Shown here piece after piece: positions 42,896 through 53,458 of a DNA stretch of 64,000 bases. This DNA is from Candidatus Latescibacterota bacterium. GTDB lineage: Bacteria > Latescibacterota > UBA2968 > UBA8231. The notes below the pieces were generated by a model. The model had not been told where the DNA came from and did no database searches. It saw only the letters and a program-made list of their open reading frames with translations. The stretch covers positions 128,001 through 192,000 of the forward strand of contig CBDETY010000003.1 of assembly GCA_965243025.1 (NCBI GenBank), given 5' to 3'. The position numbers and the translations under genes are program-made. Position 1 is the stretch's first letter, and every line of letters starts with the position of its first letter.

Positions 42896-42920
42896 CCCAT
42901 CCCCTCCCCGGGGATATACT
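42892..42920 (+). promoter_or_regulatory. Sigma70 promoter of the mqn operon
   Basis: TTGACC-N17-TATACT. Confidence 0.75.
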
Positions 42921-43031
42921 CAAGCGGCCGGTTGCGGACCCCTCCACCGGTCCCGCACCGGCTGCCGATCCCCCACTTTCGAACCGCGGCGGAAGCGCTC
43001 GCCGCCCTCACTCCCGACCGACAGAACCGAT

Positions 43032-44156
43032 TTGAGCTTCGAGGCAGCAGTCGCCGCCGCCGGACTGGCGGAAATTCACCGCAAGGTCGTCGAGGGTGAG
43101 CGCCTGACCATCGACGACGGCGTCGGGCTGTACGCCTGCGACGACCTTCCCGTCCTCGCCTGGCTCGCCAACACGGTGCGCGAGCGCCTGCACGGCGAGG
43201 CGACCTACTACGTGCGCAACCAGCACGTCAACTACACCAACATCTGCAACAAGCTGTGCAAGTTCTGCTCCTTCTACGTGACCCCGAAGGACGAGCGCGG
43301 CTACGTCCTGCGGCCGGAGCAGGCCGCCGAACGGGTGCGGGAGTACGCCGACGCCCCGATCACCGAGATCCACATGGTCGGCGGGGTCAACCCCAAGCTG
43401 CCGTACGAGTACTACCTCGACCTGCTGCGGGCGATGAAGGAGGCGAGGCCGGAGGCCCACCTCAAGGCGTTCACGATGATCGAGCTGGCGCAGATCCAGC
43501 GCATCGCAAAGCGCCCTCTCGAAGAAGTGCTCGCCGACCTCAGGGAGGCCGGGCTCGAATCGATACCGGGAGGGGGCGCCGAGGTCTTCAGCGACCGCGT
43601 CCACGAGGACCTCTTCTGGACCAAGTCCGACAGCGAGGACTGGCTGCGCATCGCCGCCGCCGCCCACCGGGCCGGGTTGCCGACCAACGCCACCATGCTC
43701 TACGGCCACGTCGAGAACCCCGGGGAGAAGGCCTACCACATGGCGCGTCTCCGCGACCTCCAGGAGGAGACCGGGGGGTTCCTCGCCTACATACCGCTCT
43801 CCTTCCATCCCGAGCGCACCGCCATCGACCACCTCCCGGGACCTTCGGGGGCCCTCGATCTCAAGGAGATCGCCGTCGGCCGCCTGATGCTCGACAACTT
43901 CCCGCACATCAAGACCTTCTGGATCATGAACACCATCGAGATCTCGCAGGTCGCCCTGTGGTACGGGGCCAACGACATCGACGGCACGGTGATGGACTAC
44001 GAGATCACGCGGCGCAGCTTCGAGGAGACGCAGCAGCGCCTGTCGCGGCAGGAGCTGCTCGACCGCATCGCCGAGGCCGGCCGCGAGCCGGTCGAAAGGG
44101 ACAGCCTCTACAACGTCGTCGAACCGGCGGCGGAGACGGTCGAGGCGGCCGGGTAA
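43032..44156 (+). CDS. mqnE: Aminofutalosine synthase (radical SAM)
   Basis: NYTNICNKLCKFC, EIHMVGG, PGGGAE, NATMLYGH, LDNFPHIK. Confidence 0.9.
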   Translation: MSFEAAVAAAGLAEIHRKVVEGERLTIDDGVGLYACDDLPVLAWLANTVRERLHGEATYYVRNQHVNYTNICNKLCKFCSFYVTPKDERGYVLRPEQAAERVREYADAPITEIHMVGGVNPKLPYEYYLDLLRAMKEARPEAHLKAFTMIELAQIQRIAKRPLEEVLADLREAGLESIPGGGAEVFSDRVHEDLFWTKSDSEDWLRIAAAAHRAGLPTNATMLYGHVENPGEKAYHMARLRDLQEETGGFLAYIPLSFHPERTAIDHLPGPSGALDLKEIAVGRLMLDNFPHIKTFWIMNTIEISQVALWYGANDIDGTVMDYEITRRSFEETQQRLSRQELLDRIAEAGREPVERDSLYNVVEPAAETVEAAG

Positions 44157-44161
44157 CCCGC

Positions 44162-45325
44162 GTGTCCGCGATAGCCGACATCTCGGAAAGGGTCTTTTCG
44201 GGGGAGCGCCTCGGCAGCAAAGACGCCCTGCGCCTGTTCGCCCACCCCGACCTCGCCGAGCTAGGCATCCTGGCGAACCGGGTCAGGATGGAGAAGCACC
44301 CCGAGCCGGTGGTCACCTACAACGTCGGCCGCAACATCAACTACACCAACGTCTGCTGGGTCCGGTGCGACTTCTGCGCCTTCTACCGGCCCCCGGGGTC
44401 CGACGAGGGGTACGTGCTCCCGAACGAGCAGATCTTCGCCAAGATCGACGAGCTCGTCGCCTTCGGCGGGGCCGAGCCGAAGTCCTGCGAGATCCTGATG
44501 CAGGGGGGGCTCAACCCCAGGCTGAAGCTCGGCTACTACGAGGAGCTGCTCTCCGAGATCCGCGACCGCTACCCGATGGTGCAGCTCCACTGCCTGTCGG
44601 CGACGGAGATCATCTACATCGCCCACATTTCGCGGCTCTCCCTCGGGGAGACCATAACGCGGCTGCGCGCCGCCGGGCTCGACTCGATTCCCGGCGCCGG
44701 CGCCGAGATCCTCGACGACGGCGTGCGCGACGTCATCGGCTTCCGCAAGGACCGCAGCGACGAGTGGCTCGAGGTGCACCGGATCGCCCACGGCCTCGGC
44801 ATGCGCACCACGGCGACGATGATGTACGGCCACGTCGAGACCGTCGAGCACCGCGTCGAGCACCTGGAGAAGATCCGCGACCTGCAGGACGAGACCGGGG
44901 GGTTCACCGCCTTCATCGCCTGGAGCTTCCAGCCGGACGAGACCGCGCTCGGGGCCGACCCCGGGCGCTGGGACGGGGTCAGGGCGACCGGGTTCGACCA
45001 CCTGCGGACGGTGGCGGTGGCGCGCCTGTTCCTCGACAACGTCGACAGCCTCCAGGCCTCGTGGGTGACCCAGGGGCCCAAGATCGCCCAGGTCAGCCTG
45101 CGCTACGGCGTCAACGACTTCGGCAGCACCATGCTCGAGGAGAACGTCGTCAGCGCCGCGGGCACGAGTCACACCAACGAGATGGACCTGCCGGCCATGG
45201 AGCGGCTGATCCGCGACGCCGGGTACCGGCCGCAGCGGCGCAACACCCGCTACGAGTGCGTCGCCACCCCCGCGGTGCCGCAGGCCGCGGCTGCCGCCGC
45301 GGAGCCGGTCCCCGCGGCTCCATGA
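44162..45325 (+). CDS. mqnC: Cyclic dehypoxanthine futalosine synthase (radical SAM)
   Basis: RNINYTNVCWVRCDFC, LMQGG, FIAWSFQP, QASWVTQG, DFGSTMLEENVV. Confidence 0.92.
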   Translation: MSAIADISERVFSGERLGSKDALRLFAHPDLAELGILANRVRMEKHPEPVVTYNVGRNINYTNVCWVRCDFCAFYRPPGSDEGYVLPNEQIFAKIDELVAFGGAEPKSCEILMQGGLNPRLKLGYYEELLSEIRDRYPMVQLHCLSATEIIYIAHISRLSLGETITRLRAAGLDSIPGAGAEILDDGVRDVIGFRKDRSDEWLEVHRIAHGLGMRTTATMMYGHVETVEHRVEHLEKIRDLQDETGGFTAFIAWSFQPDETALGADPGRWDGVRATGFDHLRTVAVARLFLDNVDSLQASWVTQGPKIAQVSLRYGVNDFGSTMLEENVVSAAGTSHTNEMDLPAMERLIRDAGYRPQRRNTRYECVATPAVPQAAAAAAEPVPAAP

Positions 45326-45442
45326 GCCGCCGCTCGCCCCGGGCGCCGGGACCCCGCCCGGGTCTGTTTACGGGCCGGTGGGAAGCCGCGCCGCAAGAGA
45401 AAAAGCGGCCGTGCTCCCAGCTCCCGGCGCTCCCTGACTGAC

Positions 45443-46339
45443 ATGCCCCCGCCCCTGCAGAGCCAGCCCCCCCACAGGCCGCGGGTGCGCCTCGGGGCGG
45501 TGAGCTTCCTCAACTCGAGGCCGCTGACCGCCGCCCTCGAGGACTGCCTCGACGAAGGCCCCTTCTCTCTCGTGTACGACCTGCCGTCGGCCTGCTCCCG
45601 CGGCCTGCGCGCCGGCCGCATCGACCTCGGGTTCGTGCCCACCATCGAATACGCTCTCAGCCCGGTGCCGTACGCGCTCGTCCCCGGCGTCGCCGTCGGC
45701 TGCCGGGGGGAGGTGCTGACGGTGCGCCTGTTCTTCCGCGGCGACCTCGCAGCGGTCCGCACCGTCGCCGTCGACACCAGCTCGCAGACCTCCGTCGTCC
45801 TGCTGCGCATCCTGCTGGCGGAGAAGTACGGCCTGCATCCGGCGTTCGAGCAGGCTGCCCCCGACCTCGACGAAATGCTGCACGGCGCCGACGCCGCCCT
45901 GCTGATCGGCGATCCGGTGCTGCCGCTGCTCGACGGCGGCAACGGCCCGAAACGGACGCGCCGCAGCCTCGACCTCGGCCGCGAGTGGGCCGACCTCACC
46001 GGGCTTCCGTTCGTGTTCGCCTGCTGGGCCGGCAGGGAAGGGGCCCTCGACCCGCGGCAGGCGCGCTGTCTCGTCGAGGCGCAGCGCCGGGGACAGGCGG
46101 AAATCCCGCGGATCGCGCGCCGCTTCCAGCGCGAGCGCGGCGGCCGGGTCGAGCTCTACGAGCGCTACCTGCGCCAGCATGTCTCCTACGATTTCGGGGA
46201 GGCCGAGCTTGCCGGAATGCGCGAGTTCTTCCGGCTGGCCCACCTGCACGGGGAGATCGACCGGGTGCCGGAGCTGCGCTTCTTTCAGGTAGCGGGGCGC
46301 GGAAAGACGGCCCCGGCCGCCGCTACCCGGGACCAGTGA
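45443..46339 (+). CDS. mqnA: Chorismate dehydratase
   Basis: GAVSFLNSRP, SQTSV, LLIGD, DLGREW...LPFVFA. Confidence 0.9.
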   Translation: MPPPLQSQPPHRPRVRLGAVSFLNSRPLTAALEDCLDEGPFSLVYDLPSACSRGLRAGRIDLGFVPTIEYALSPVPYALVPGVAVGCRGEVLTVRLFFRGDLAAVRTVAVDTSSQTSVVLLRILLAEKYGLHPAFEQAAPDLDEMLHGADAALLIGDPVLPLLDGGNGPKRTRRSLDLGREWADLTGLPFVFACWAGREGALDPRQARCLVEAQRRGQAEIPRIARRFQRERGGRVELYERYLRQHVSYDFGEAELAGMREFFRLAHLHGEIDRVPELRFFQVAGRGKTAPAAATRDQ

Positions 46340-46345
46340 CAGCCG

Positions 46346-47236
46346 ATGTCCCTGTTCGCCCAGGTGCGGCTGTACGGCCGCATGATCAGGTTCTCGCACA
46401 GCATCTTCGCGTTGCCGTTCGCCCTGAGCGGGGCCGCCCTGGCCGCGGCGACCTCCGGCTTCTCCTGGAGCCAGGCCGGCTGGATCGTCGTCGCCATGGT
46501 CGCGGCCCGCAGCGCCGCCATGGGGTTCAACCGCGTCGCCGACCGCGACATCGACGCCGCCAATCCCCGCACCCGCAACCGCGAGCTGCCGAGCGGGGCG
46601 ATGTCCGTCGCTTCCGCCGCCCTCTTCGTCGCCGTCTCCTCGGCGCTCCTGGCCGCGGCGGCGTACAACCTCAACCCGCTCTGCTTCGCGCTCTCGCCGG
46701 TGGCCCTGGCCGTCGTCTTCTTCTACTCCTGGACCAAGCGCTTCACCTGGCTCTCCCACCTCGTGCTCGGCATCTGTCTCGCCCTCGCCCCGGTGGGGGC
46801 CTGGATCGCCGTGACCGGGGGCATCGCGCTGCCCCCCCTGGTTCTCGGCCTCGCCGTGCTCTTCTGGGTGGCGGGGTTCGACATCCTCTACGCCTGCCAG
46901 GACCGGGACTTCGACCGCGACAGCGGCCTGCACTCGATCCCGGTGCGCTTCGGCCTGGCCGGGGCTCTCAACATCGCCCGGGGACTTCACGGCCTCGCCG
47001 TTCTCTCAATGCTCGCCCTCGGCGCCCTGATGCCGCTCGGATTGCTCTACGTCGCCGGGGTGGCGGTGATAGCCGGGCTGCTGTTCCACGAGCACCGGCT
47101 GGTGCGGCCCGGCGACCTGACCAAGGTCAACACCGCCTTCATGACCATGAACAGCATCGTCAGCGTCGTCTTCTTCCTCTTCACCCTGGCCGATCTCCTG
47201 CTTTTGGGGGAGTGGCCGGGACTGAAAACGGTGTGA
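46346..47236 (+). CDS. mqnP: UbiA-like prenyltransferase of the futalosine pathway
   Basis: [43 protein letters not shown]. Confidence 0.88.
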   Translation: MSLFAQVRLYGRMIRFSHSIFALPFALSGAALAAATSGFSWSQAGWIVVAMVAARSAAMGFNRVADRDIDAANPRTRNRELPSGAMSVASAALFVAVSSALLAAAAYNLNPLCFALSPVALAVVFFYSWTKRFTWLSHLVLGICLALAPVGAWIAVTGGIALPPLVLGLAVLFWVAGFDILYACQDRDFDRDSGLHSIPVRFGLAGALNIARGLHGLAVLSMLALGALMPLGLLYVAGVAVIAGLLFHEHRLVRPGDLTKVNTAFMTMNSIVSVVFFLFTLADLLLLGEWPGLKTV

Positions 47237-47243
47237 TCAATCC

Positions 47244-49283
47244 ATGACGCGAAACGGCAACGGACAACCCCCTGGTTTTGAGCAGATCGTCTTCGAGCAG
47301 ATCGTCGAGGTCCCCTCCCGGGAGGACGTATTCGAGGTGCGTACCCGGGCCCCGGGTCCGGAGGGCCGGCTGCCCCTGCAGATCGAGCAGGTGACCGGCT
47401 CCCCGAGCGGCGACATCTTCGCCTACAGCCAGAACGCCGGCATGGGCTGGAACCCCTCGGAGCTGGGGCGCAGCGAGTTCCTCATCATCAGCACCATGGG
47501 GGGGATCCGGGCCCCTGACGGTTCCCCGGTCGCCCTCGGGTACCACACCGGCCACTGGGAGGTGGGGCTGCTGATGGAGGCGGCCGCCGGCGAGATCCGG
47601 CGGCTGGGGGGGATCCCGTTCGCCGCCTACTGCTCCGACCCCTGCGACGGCCGCACCCAGGGGACGGCGGGAATGTTCGACAGCCTGCCGTACCGCAACG
47701 ACGCCGCCATGGTGATGAGGCGCCTGATCCGCTCGCTGCCGACCCGCCGCGGCGTCATTGGCGTCGGCACCTGCGACAAGGGGCTGCCGGCGGTGCTGAT
47801 CGCCCTCGCGGGCACCCGCGACCTTCCGGTGGCGGTGATTCCCGGGGGCGTCACCCTGCCCCCGGAGCAAGGGGAGGACGCCGGCAAGATCCAGTCGGTC
47901 GGGGTGCGCCTCGCCCACGGCGAGATCACCATCGACGAGGTCAACGACTACGGCTGCCGGGCCTGCGCCACGGCCGGGGGCGGCTGCCAGTTCCTCGGCA
48001 CCGCGGCGACCTCGCAGGTAGTCGCCGAGGCGCTCGGCCTGACCGTGCCGCACGCCGCCCTCGCCCCTTCCGGGGAACCGGTCTGGTACGACATGGCGAC
48101 GCGCACGGCGCGGGCGATGACGGCCATGGAGAGCGCCGGGATCGCCTCGCGGGACCTGCTGACCGACGCGGCGTTCCACAACGCCATGGTCACCCACGCC
48201 GCCTTCGGCGGCTCGACCAACCTGATCCTGCACGTGCCGGCGATCGCCTACGCGGCCGGGCGCCGGCGCCCCGCGGTCGAGGACTGGGACCGCCTCAACC
48301 GCCAGGTGCCCCGTCTCGTCGACGTGCTGCCCAATGGGCCGCAGTACCACCCGACCGTGCGCGCCTTCCTCGCCGGAGGGGTGCCGGAGGTGATGCTGCA
48401 CCTGCGCGCCCTCGGCCTGCTCGAGGAAGGGGCCCTGACCGCGACCGGAAAGCCGCTCGGGGAGAACCTCGACTGGTGGGAGGGCAGCGAGCGCCGGGCC
48501 CGCTTCAGGGAGGTGCTGCGCTCCGCCGACGGCGTCGACCCGGACGAAGTCATCATGTCGCCCGAAGCGGCCCGCGCCAAGGGCCTGACCAGCACCGTCT
48601 GCTTCCCCCGCGGCAACCTCGCGCCCCAGGGATCGGTGGTGAAGAGCACGGCCATCGACCCGGCCGTGCTCGACGGCGACGGTTTCTACCGGCACACCGG
48701 TCCGGCGAAGATCTTCACCACCGAGCGCGCCGCGGTCGCCGCCCTCAAGGCGCAGCGGATAGAGGCGGGGGACGTGATGGTGCTGCTGAGCTGCGGCCCC
48801 CTCGGCACCGGCATGGAGGAGATCGCCCAGGTCACCACGGCCCTGAAGTACCTCGATTTCGGAAACCGGGTGGCGGTGCTGACCGACGCCCGTTTCTCCG
48901 GGTTCTCGACCGGGGCCTGCGCCGGCCACATAGGGCCCGAGGCCCTCGGGGGCGGACCGCTCGGCAAGCTGCGGGACGGGGACCTGGTCGGCATCGAGAT
49001 CGACACCCGCGGCCTGCGCGGCCGCCTCGACCTCGTCGGAGAGGCCGGCCTGCAGTTCGGACCGGAGCGCGGAGAAGAGGTGCTGAAGCAGCGGCCTCCG
49101 CGCCCCGACCTGGCGGCCGAGGCGGAGCTGCCTGACGACACGCGGCTGTGGGCGGCGCTGCAGGACGTCGGCGGCGGCACCTGGGGGGGCTGCGTGTACG
49201 ACGTCGACGCCATCATCGAAACCCTGCAGGCCGGTTCCGCGAACCGGAAGGGGGCGGGGGAGCCGCCGGGGCGTGTCAGATGA
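47244..49283 (+). CDS. YjhG/YagF-family sugar-acid (xylonate-type) dehydratase, IlvD/Edd superfamily
   Basis: [55 protein letters not shown]. Confidence 0.88.
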   Translation: MTRNGNGQPPGFEQIVFEQIVEVPSREDVFEVRTRAPGPEGRLPLQIEQVTGSPSGDIFAYSQNAGMGWNPSELGRSEFLIISTMGGIRAPDGSPVALGYHTGHWEVGLLMEAAAGEIRRLGGIPFAAYCSDPCDGRTQGTAGMFDSLPYRNDAAMVMRRLIRSLPTRRGVIGVGTCDKGLPAVLIALAGTRDLPVAVIPGGVTLPPEQGEDAGKIQSVGVRLAHGEITIDEVNDYGCRACATAGGGCQFLGTAATSQVVAEALGLTVPHAALAPSGEPVWYDMATRTARAMTAMESAGIASRDLLTDAAFHNAMVTHAAFGGSTNLILHVPAIAYAAGRRRPAVEDWDRLNRQVPRLVDVLPNGPQYHPTVRAFLAGGVPEVMLHLRALGLLEEGALTATGKPLGENLDWWEGSERRARFREVLRSADGVDPDEVIMSPEAARAKGLTSTVCFPRGNLAPQGSVVKSTAIDPAVLDGDGFYRHTGPAKIFTTERAAVAALKAQRIEAGDVMVLLSCGPLGTGMEEIAQVTTALKYLDFGNRVAVLTDARFSGFSTGACAGHIGPEALGGGPLGKLRDGDLVGIEIDTRGLRGRLDLVGEAGLQFGPERGEEVLKQRPPRPDLAAEAELPDDTRLWAALQDVGGGTWGGCVYDVDAIIETLQAGSANRKGAGEPPGRVR

Positions 49284-49894
49284 GTGAAACGAAGAGAATC
49301 GCCGTAGCCGTCACCGGGGCCAGCGGCGGCATCTACGCCGCCCGTTTCCTGCGCGCCCTGCTGCAGGGGGGCCACGAAGCCCACCTGGTCCTGTCCCGGT
49401 ACGGGCGCTACATCCTCTGCGAGGAGATGGGCCTGGAGCCGGACAAGGAGTCGGTGCAGGAGTTTCTAGGCAGACTGTACGGGGACGAGGTTTCAGCCGG
49501 CACCCTGGTCGAGTACGGCGCCAACGACCTCACCGCGGCGCTCGCCAGCGGCTCGGTGGCGATGGACGGGATGGTGGTGATCCCCTGCTCGGCCAAAACC
49601 TTCGCCGCCATCGCCTGCGGCTCCTCCAGCAACCTGATCGAACGGGCGGCGGACGTCGCCCTGAAGGAACGGCGGCCGCTGATCCTGGTGCCGCGCGAGA
49701 CCCCGCTGAACCTGATCCAGCTGCGCAACCTGACGGCCCTTGCCGAAGCCGGCGCCGCCGTGGTCCCCGCCATGCCCGCCTTCTACCAGAAGCCGCGGTC
49801 GTTCGACGATCTCGCCGACTTCATGGCCGGACGCGTGCTCAACCTGCTGGGAATCCGGCAGGAGCTGTTTCCCGCCTGGCGCGAGGAATCGTAG
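49280..49894 (+). CDS. ubiX: Flavin prenyltransferase
   Basis: [34 protein letters not shown]. Confidence 0.93.
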   Translation: MSETKRIAVAVTGASGGIYAARFLRALLQGGHEAHLVLSRYGRYILCEEMGLEPDKESVQEFLGRLYGDEVSAGTLVEYGANDLTAALASGSVAMDGMVVIPCSAKTFAAIACGSSSNLIERAADVALKERRPLILVPRETPLNLIQLRNLTALAEAGAAVVPAMPAFYQKPRSFDDLADFMAGRVLNLLGIRQELFPAWREES

Positions 49895-50000
49895 GAAAAA
49901 AAAGCGGGACCCGAAGGCTCCATCTGCGAGAGGAGTTGCAGACGGATGCGAAGGGGAGTCTCTGCCTTCGGATCCCGAACCGCAGGGAGGATGGATCTGC
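49895..50000 (-). ncRNA. Candidate sigma54-dependent small RNA (~105 nt) with CU-rich loops
   Basis: Starts ~12 nt after a sigma54 promoter; long stem CGGGATCCGAAGGC/GCCTTCGGGTCCCG followed by T8; no plausible ORF. Confidence 0.7.
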
Positions 50001-50009
50001 GTTCCCCGA

Positions 50010-50025
50010 GGCAAACGGCGTGCCA
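50010..50025 (-). promoter_or_regulatory. Sigma54 promoter of the candidate sRNA
   Basis: Minus strand TGGCACGCCGTTTGCC; imperfect palindrome GTGGG-N7-CCGAC at 50140-50156 upstream. Confidence 0.75.
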
Positions 50026-50558
50026 GTCCCCGAAGTGAGGAGTTCCGCGACGGTTTCGGGGAAGACGGGCCTCCTTGTTTCGGGGAGGACTTCCCGGATC
50101 TGGGGGCGAGCGGCGGGAGAGGCCCCGTATATGGTGGATGTGGGAAAATCGCCGACAGAAGGTTGTCCGGGCGGGGTGGGAAAGATGTTCCGCCGGGAAA
50201 CGAAATGCTTTCCCCTGGTGGGCCGGGACTCAGGGCGGAACCGGGGACCCGTTTACAGGACTCAGATTGATTCTCAACTCTCGGCTCGGACGTTCCGGAA
50301 GCGGGGGGGCTCTTCGCCGGTATAACTGCTCAAGTCCGGGGGCGGCGGGTCCCGCGCCACACCCCTCGCGCCTTCCCGGCCCCGCCGATGCGAAAGGGCG
50401 TTCCGGGCGCGGTGAGGGTTCCCGTCGGTGAAACAGTTTCGTGAAGTCGGGCCCAGGGCCGCGATTGCGTCCGAAACCTTTCGGCCTGTTTCGCTGCCCG
50501 CCAGGGTAGTTGAGCGTTCCCGGGGTTCAGGCCCGCAGAACAGCGGAATGTCCCTGAT

Positions 50559-51638
50559 TCATCGCGGCCCCGGCTTGCGGTACCACTCGGAGAGGACGGC
50601 CTCCGCCGGCTTTCCGCGCGGGGTGAACCCGGGGTGGGAGGCGCCGCCCCGGTCGAGGTCGCTGAACCACTTCCACCAGTACATCCCGGAAAACCAGGGC
50701 TTGTCCCAAAAGACCCGCAGCACCGCCTCGTAGCATCGGGCCTGGGCCTCGGGGTCGATTTCCGGCTCGAACCGGCGCGGCCACTGCCAGGGCCGCATGC
50801 TCGTGCCCCGGGTGCTCTTGAACCCGACCTCGGTGAACAGCACCGGTTTGCCGGTGCGCTGGTGCAGCAGCGCCAGCTCCCCGGCGACCGAATCGGCTTT
50901 GGCGAACAGCGTCTCCGCCGAGGGGTCGGGGACGTCGCTCAACGGGAAGAAGGCGTTGACGCCGATGTAGTCGAGGGCGTCCCAGAAACCGATGCGGTCG
51001 TATTCCTCCCACCAGTTGGCCGCGTACACCAGGGGCCCGCGGTAGCGCTTGCGGATTTCGGCGACGAGGTCGCGCCAGTCCTGCTCGCGCTCGATGGCGG
51101 TGCGCGCCAGCTCCACCCCGATGCAGAAGATCTCGACGCCTTCGGTTTCAGCGAGGGCGGCGTAATGGAGGAGGAATTTACCGTAGCTGCGGAACCAGGC
51201 TTCCCAGTCCTCCTCGCTGTTCATGGCGATCGTCCCCCGCCAGCGCTCGGCGCTCTGGTGGTGGAGCCAGACGTGAGGTTTGAGAATCACCTTGAAGCCG
51301 AGCTCGCGGGCGCCGGCGATCGCCTGGCGCAGGTGAGCGTCGGGAGGGTCCCCTCCGAACAGGACGTTCGGGTCGTCGACGTCCCGCTGGTACCCGAACG
51401 GGTTGAGGGCGATCCACTCGGCCCCGACCCGCGAGCGCAGGTGTTCGAGCGACCGCCGGGACCGCTCCGACAGGAGGTTGTTGTGGGGGCGGTACAGGTG
51501 CGTGTAGGTGACCCCCTTCTGCCATTCCCGCGCCGGGCTGTCGCCGGCGTCCGCCGGCGTCGGTCCCGGGGCCGGGAACAGCAGAAGAAGGAGGGAAACC
51601 GCCGTCATGGCAGTGGAGTGCCGGCGGCTGAGGACCAC
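50559..51638 (-). CDS. Secreted GH113-like glycoside hydrolase (TIM barrel)
   Basis: GFKVILKPHVW, IGVEL, YAANW.EY..I.FWD.LDYIGVNAFFP, LFTEVG; start 51638 or 51608. Confidence 0.8.
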   Translation of the reverse strand: MVLSRRHSTAMTAVSLLLLLFPAPGPTPADAGDSPAREWQKGVTYTHLYRPHNNLLSERSRRSLEHLRSRVGAEWIALNPFGYQRDVDDPNVLFGGDPPDAHLRQAIAGARELGFKVILKPHVWLHHQSAERWRGTIAMNSEEDWEAWFRSYGKFLLHYAALAETEGVEIFCIGVELARTAIEREQDWRDLVAEIRKRYRGPLVYAANWWEEYDRIGFWDALDYIGVNAFFPLSDVPDPSAETLFAKADSVAGELALLHQRTGKPVLFTEVGFKSTRGTSMRPWQWPRRFEPEIDPEAQARCYEAVLRVFWDKPWFSGMYWWKWFSDLDRGGASHPGFTPRGKPAEAVLSEWYRKPGPR

Positions 51639-51835
51639 GTTCACCTGCGGCCTTTGTGTTATGCAGTTGCCGGCGGAAGCAGGGTTGGCGCAATCAACCG
51701 CCGCCCCGGATCGCGCCGTGGAACGGAGTTCCAATCGGGCCGCCGCATGGTGCAGCGTCCCACGGATAACTTGGAAAACCCCGCCGCAGACGGGATGGAT
51801 CGCCGGAATCGGCAAGGGATTCCTGGGACGCCATA

Positions 51836-53362
51836 CTAAGTCCCCAGCTCCTCGACGCCCCCCCAGTCGCGCAGCCTGGTGAGCGCCTCGGTCCGCAGCG
51901 CCCTGGGCAGGAACCCGGTCAGGCTGCCGTCCGCGCCCACGAGCCCGCGCCCCAGCGCCCAGGGTCCATGCGTGAGCAGGACCTCTCCGGGTTCCACTGT
52001 CCTTCCACCGAGGCCGATCTCACGGCCGGCGAACAGGGCGCGAGCGTCCGCCCACTCCAGGGCCAGCAGGCGGCGCTTCATCCCGTTACCCCAGAGGGTC
52101 GCCGCCTGGTGGGTGAGGTAGGGATGGCCCTTGTGGATGCTGGCCGCCTTCATGCCGCTGCGCACGTAGAAGGGAAGATCCGCGAAGGCCTCCCAGGACC
52201 GGGGCCGCACCTGCAGCTGCCTGGGCCCGGCCGTCAGGGTGCAGTCGCCGGGCAGGGGGGCGCGGAATCCCCAGCGCTCTTCGAGATCCTCGAGCAGGCT
52301 CCTGTCCGCGGTGGATGCAGGCGTGGGCTGGAGGACGCCCGCGTTCCCCTCGACCGCCTTCCATGCGGTCGCCCCGAGCTTGCGGACCCGGGCGACGCAG
52401 GCCCCTTCCGTGTTCTGCCGGTGGGGCCAGACGCGCGCCATGCCGCGAAAGCTGTCGGGGTAGCCCGAAGCCGCGTCCCTGGGGAGCGGGGGGCCGAGGT
52501 CCGGTTCCTCGACCGGGGCCACCTCGGCCTGCTCCGGATAGGTGCGAAGCAGGGCGAGCAGGACCTCCTCGTTTTCCTCGGTGGACAGCGAGCAGGAGGA
52601 GTAGACCAGGGTCCCGCCGGGCCGCAGCATGTGAAAGGCGGCCCGGGCGAGCCCGAGCTGCTGCCCGCTCTTGTTGACGGCGTCTTCGGGGGACCAGTAA
52701 CGCAGCACTCCCTCGTCCTTGCGCAGGATCCCGTCGCCGCTGCAGGGAACGTCGAGGAGGACGCGGTCGAAGCAGTTGTGGAAGTAGCGGGCAAGCACGG
52801 TTCCCGGAGCCTGTGTGAGGACGCAGTTGTGAACCCCGCAGCGCTCGAGATTGCCGGCGAGGGCGGCCAGGCGGCGGCGGTTCGGCTCGTTGGCTACGAG
52901 CAGGCCGCTGTTCTCCATGGCCGCGGCGATCTGGGTCGATTTGCCGCCGGGGGCGGCGGCGAGATCGAGGACGCGCTCACCCGGTTGCGGGTCGAGGACG
53001 GCGACGGCGAGGGTCGCGGCCTTGGCCTGTATGTAAAGGCCGCCGAGGAGATGCTCGAGAGCCGTGCCGAGGCGGTCCTCGCAGCCGTCGAGGGCGAAGA
53101 CGTCCGGCGACCAGGGAACTCCGCTGCCGCTGCCGGCGCAGGCCTGGCGCAGCCGCGGCGCCTGCGGCATCAGGGGGTTGACGCGAACCGAAGGGGGAGC
53201 GGGGAAGCTCATGTGATCGAGGAAGGCGCCGCGCTCCCCCGGGTCGGGCAGGAGGCGCGAGAGGTGCTCGAGCAGAGCGGCGCGCACCTTCCCGGAGGGC
53301 GGTTCTTTGCGCCTTTCCAGGCCTGTGGCGAAATTCAACTCAGCCGCCGATACATCCCGCAT
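51836..53362 (-). CDS. RsmF/RsmB (NOL1/NOP2) RNA m5C methyltransferase
   Basis: LDLAAAPGGKST, ANE, LDVPCSG, YSSCS, C-terminal PUA-like region. Confidence 0.88.
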   Translation of the reverse strand: MRDVSAAELNFATGLERRKEPPSGKVRAALLEHLSRLLPDPGERGAFLDHMSFPAPPSVRVNPLMPQAPRLRQACAGSGSGVPWSPDVFALDGCEDRLGTALEHLLGGLYIQAKAATLAVAVLDPQPGERVLDLAAAPGGKSTQIAAAMENSGLLVANEPNRRRLAALAGNLERCGVHNCVLTQAPGTVLARYFHNCFDRVLLDVPCSGDGILRKDEGVLRYWSPEDAVNKSGQQLGLARAAFHMLRPGGTLVYSSCSLSTEENEEVLLALLRTYPEQAEVAPVEEPDLGPPLPRDAASGYPDSFRGMARVWPHRQNTEGACVARVRKLGATAWKAVEGNAGVLQPTPASTADRSLLEDLEERWGFRAPLPGDCTLTAGPRQLQVRPRSWEAFADLPFYVRSGMKAASIHKGHPYLTHQAATLWGNGMKRRLLALEWADARALFAGREIGLGGRTVEPGEVLLTHGPWALGRGLVGADGSLTGFLPRALRTEALTRLRDWGGVEELGT

Positions 53363-53458
53363 GCAACACCAGAACCCTCCCGATTGCCACCTTCCGGATT
53401 GCGCGCCGGAAGGTTCTGCCACCCCAATTTCGAAGCTGCTCCCCGAGGCGGCAAACCG

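Noticed and set aside
50330-50558. tmRNA, SRP RNA, 6S RNA or lysine riboswitch
   Set aside because: Diagnostic motifs (tRNA-like ends, SRP helix 8, 6S long hairpin, L-box core) are not found
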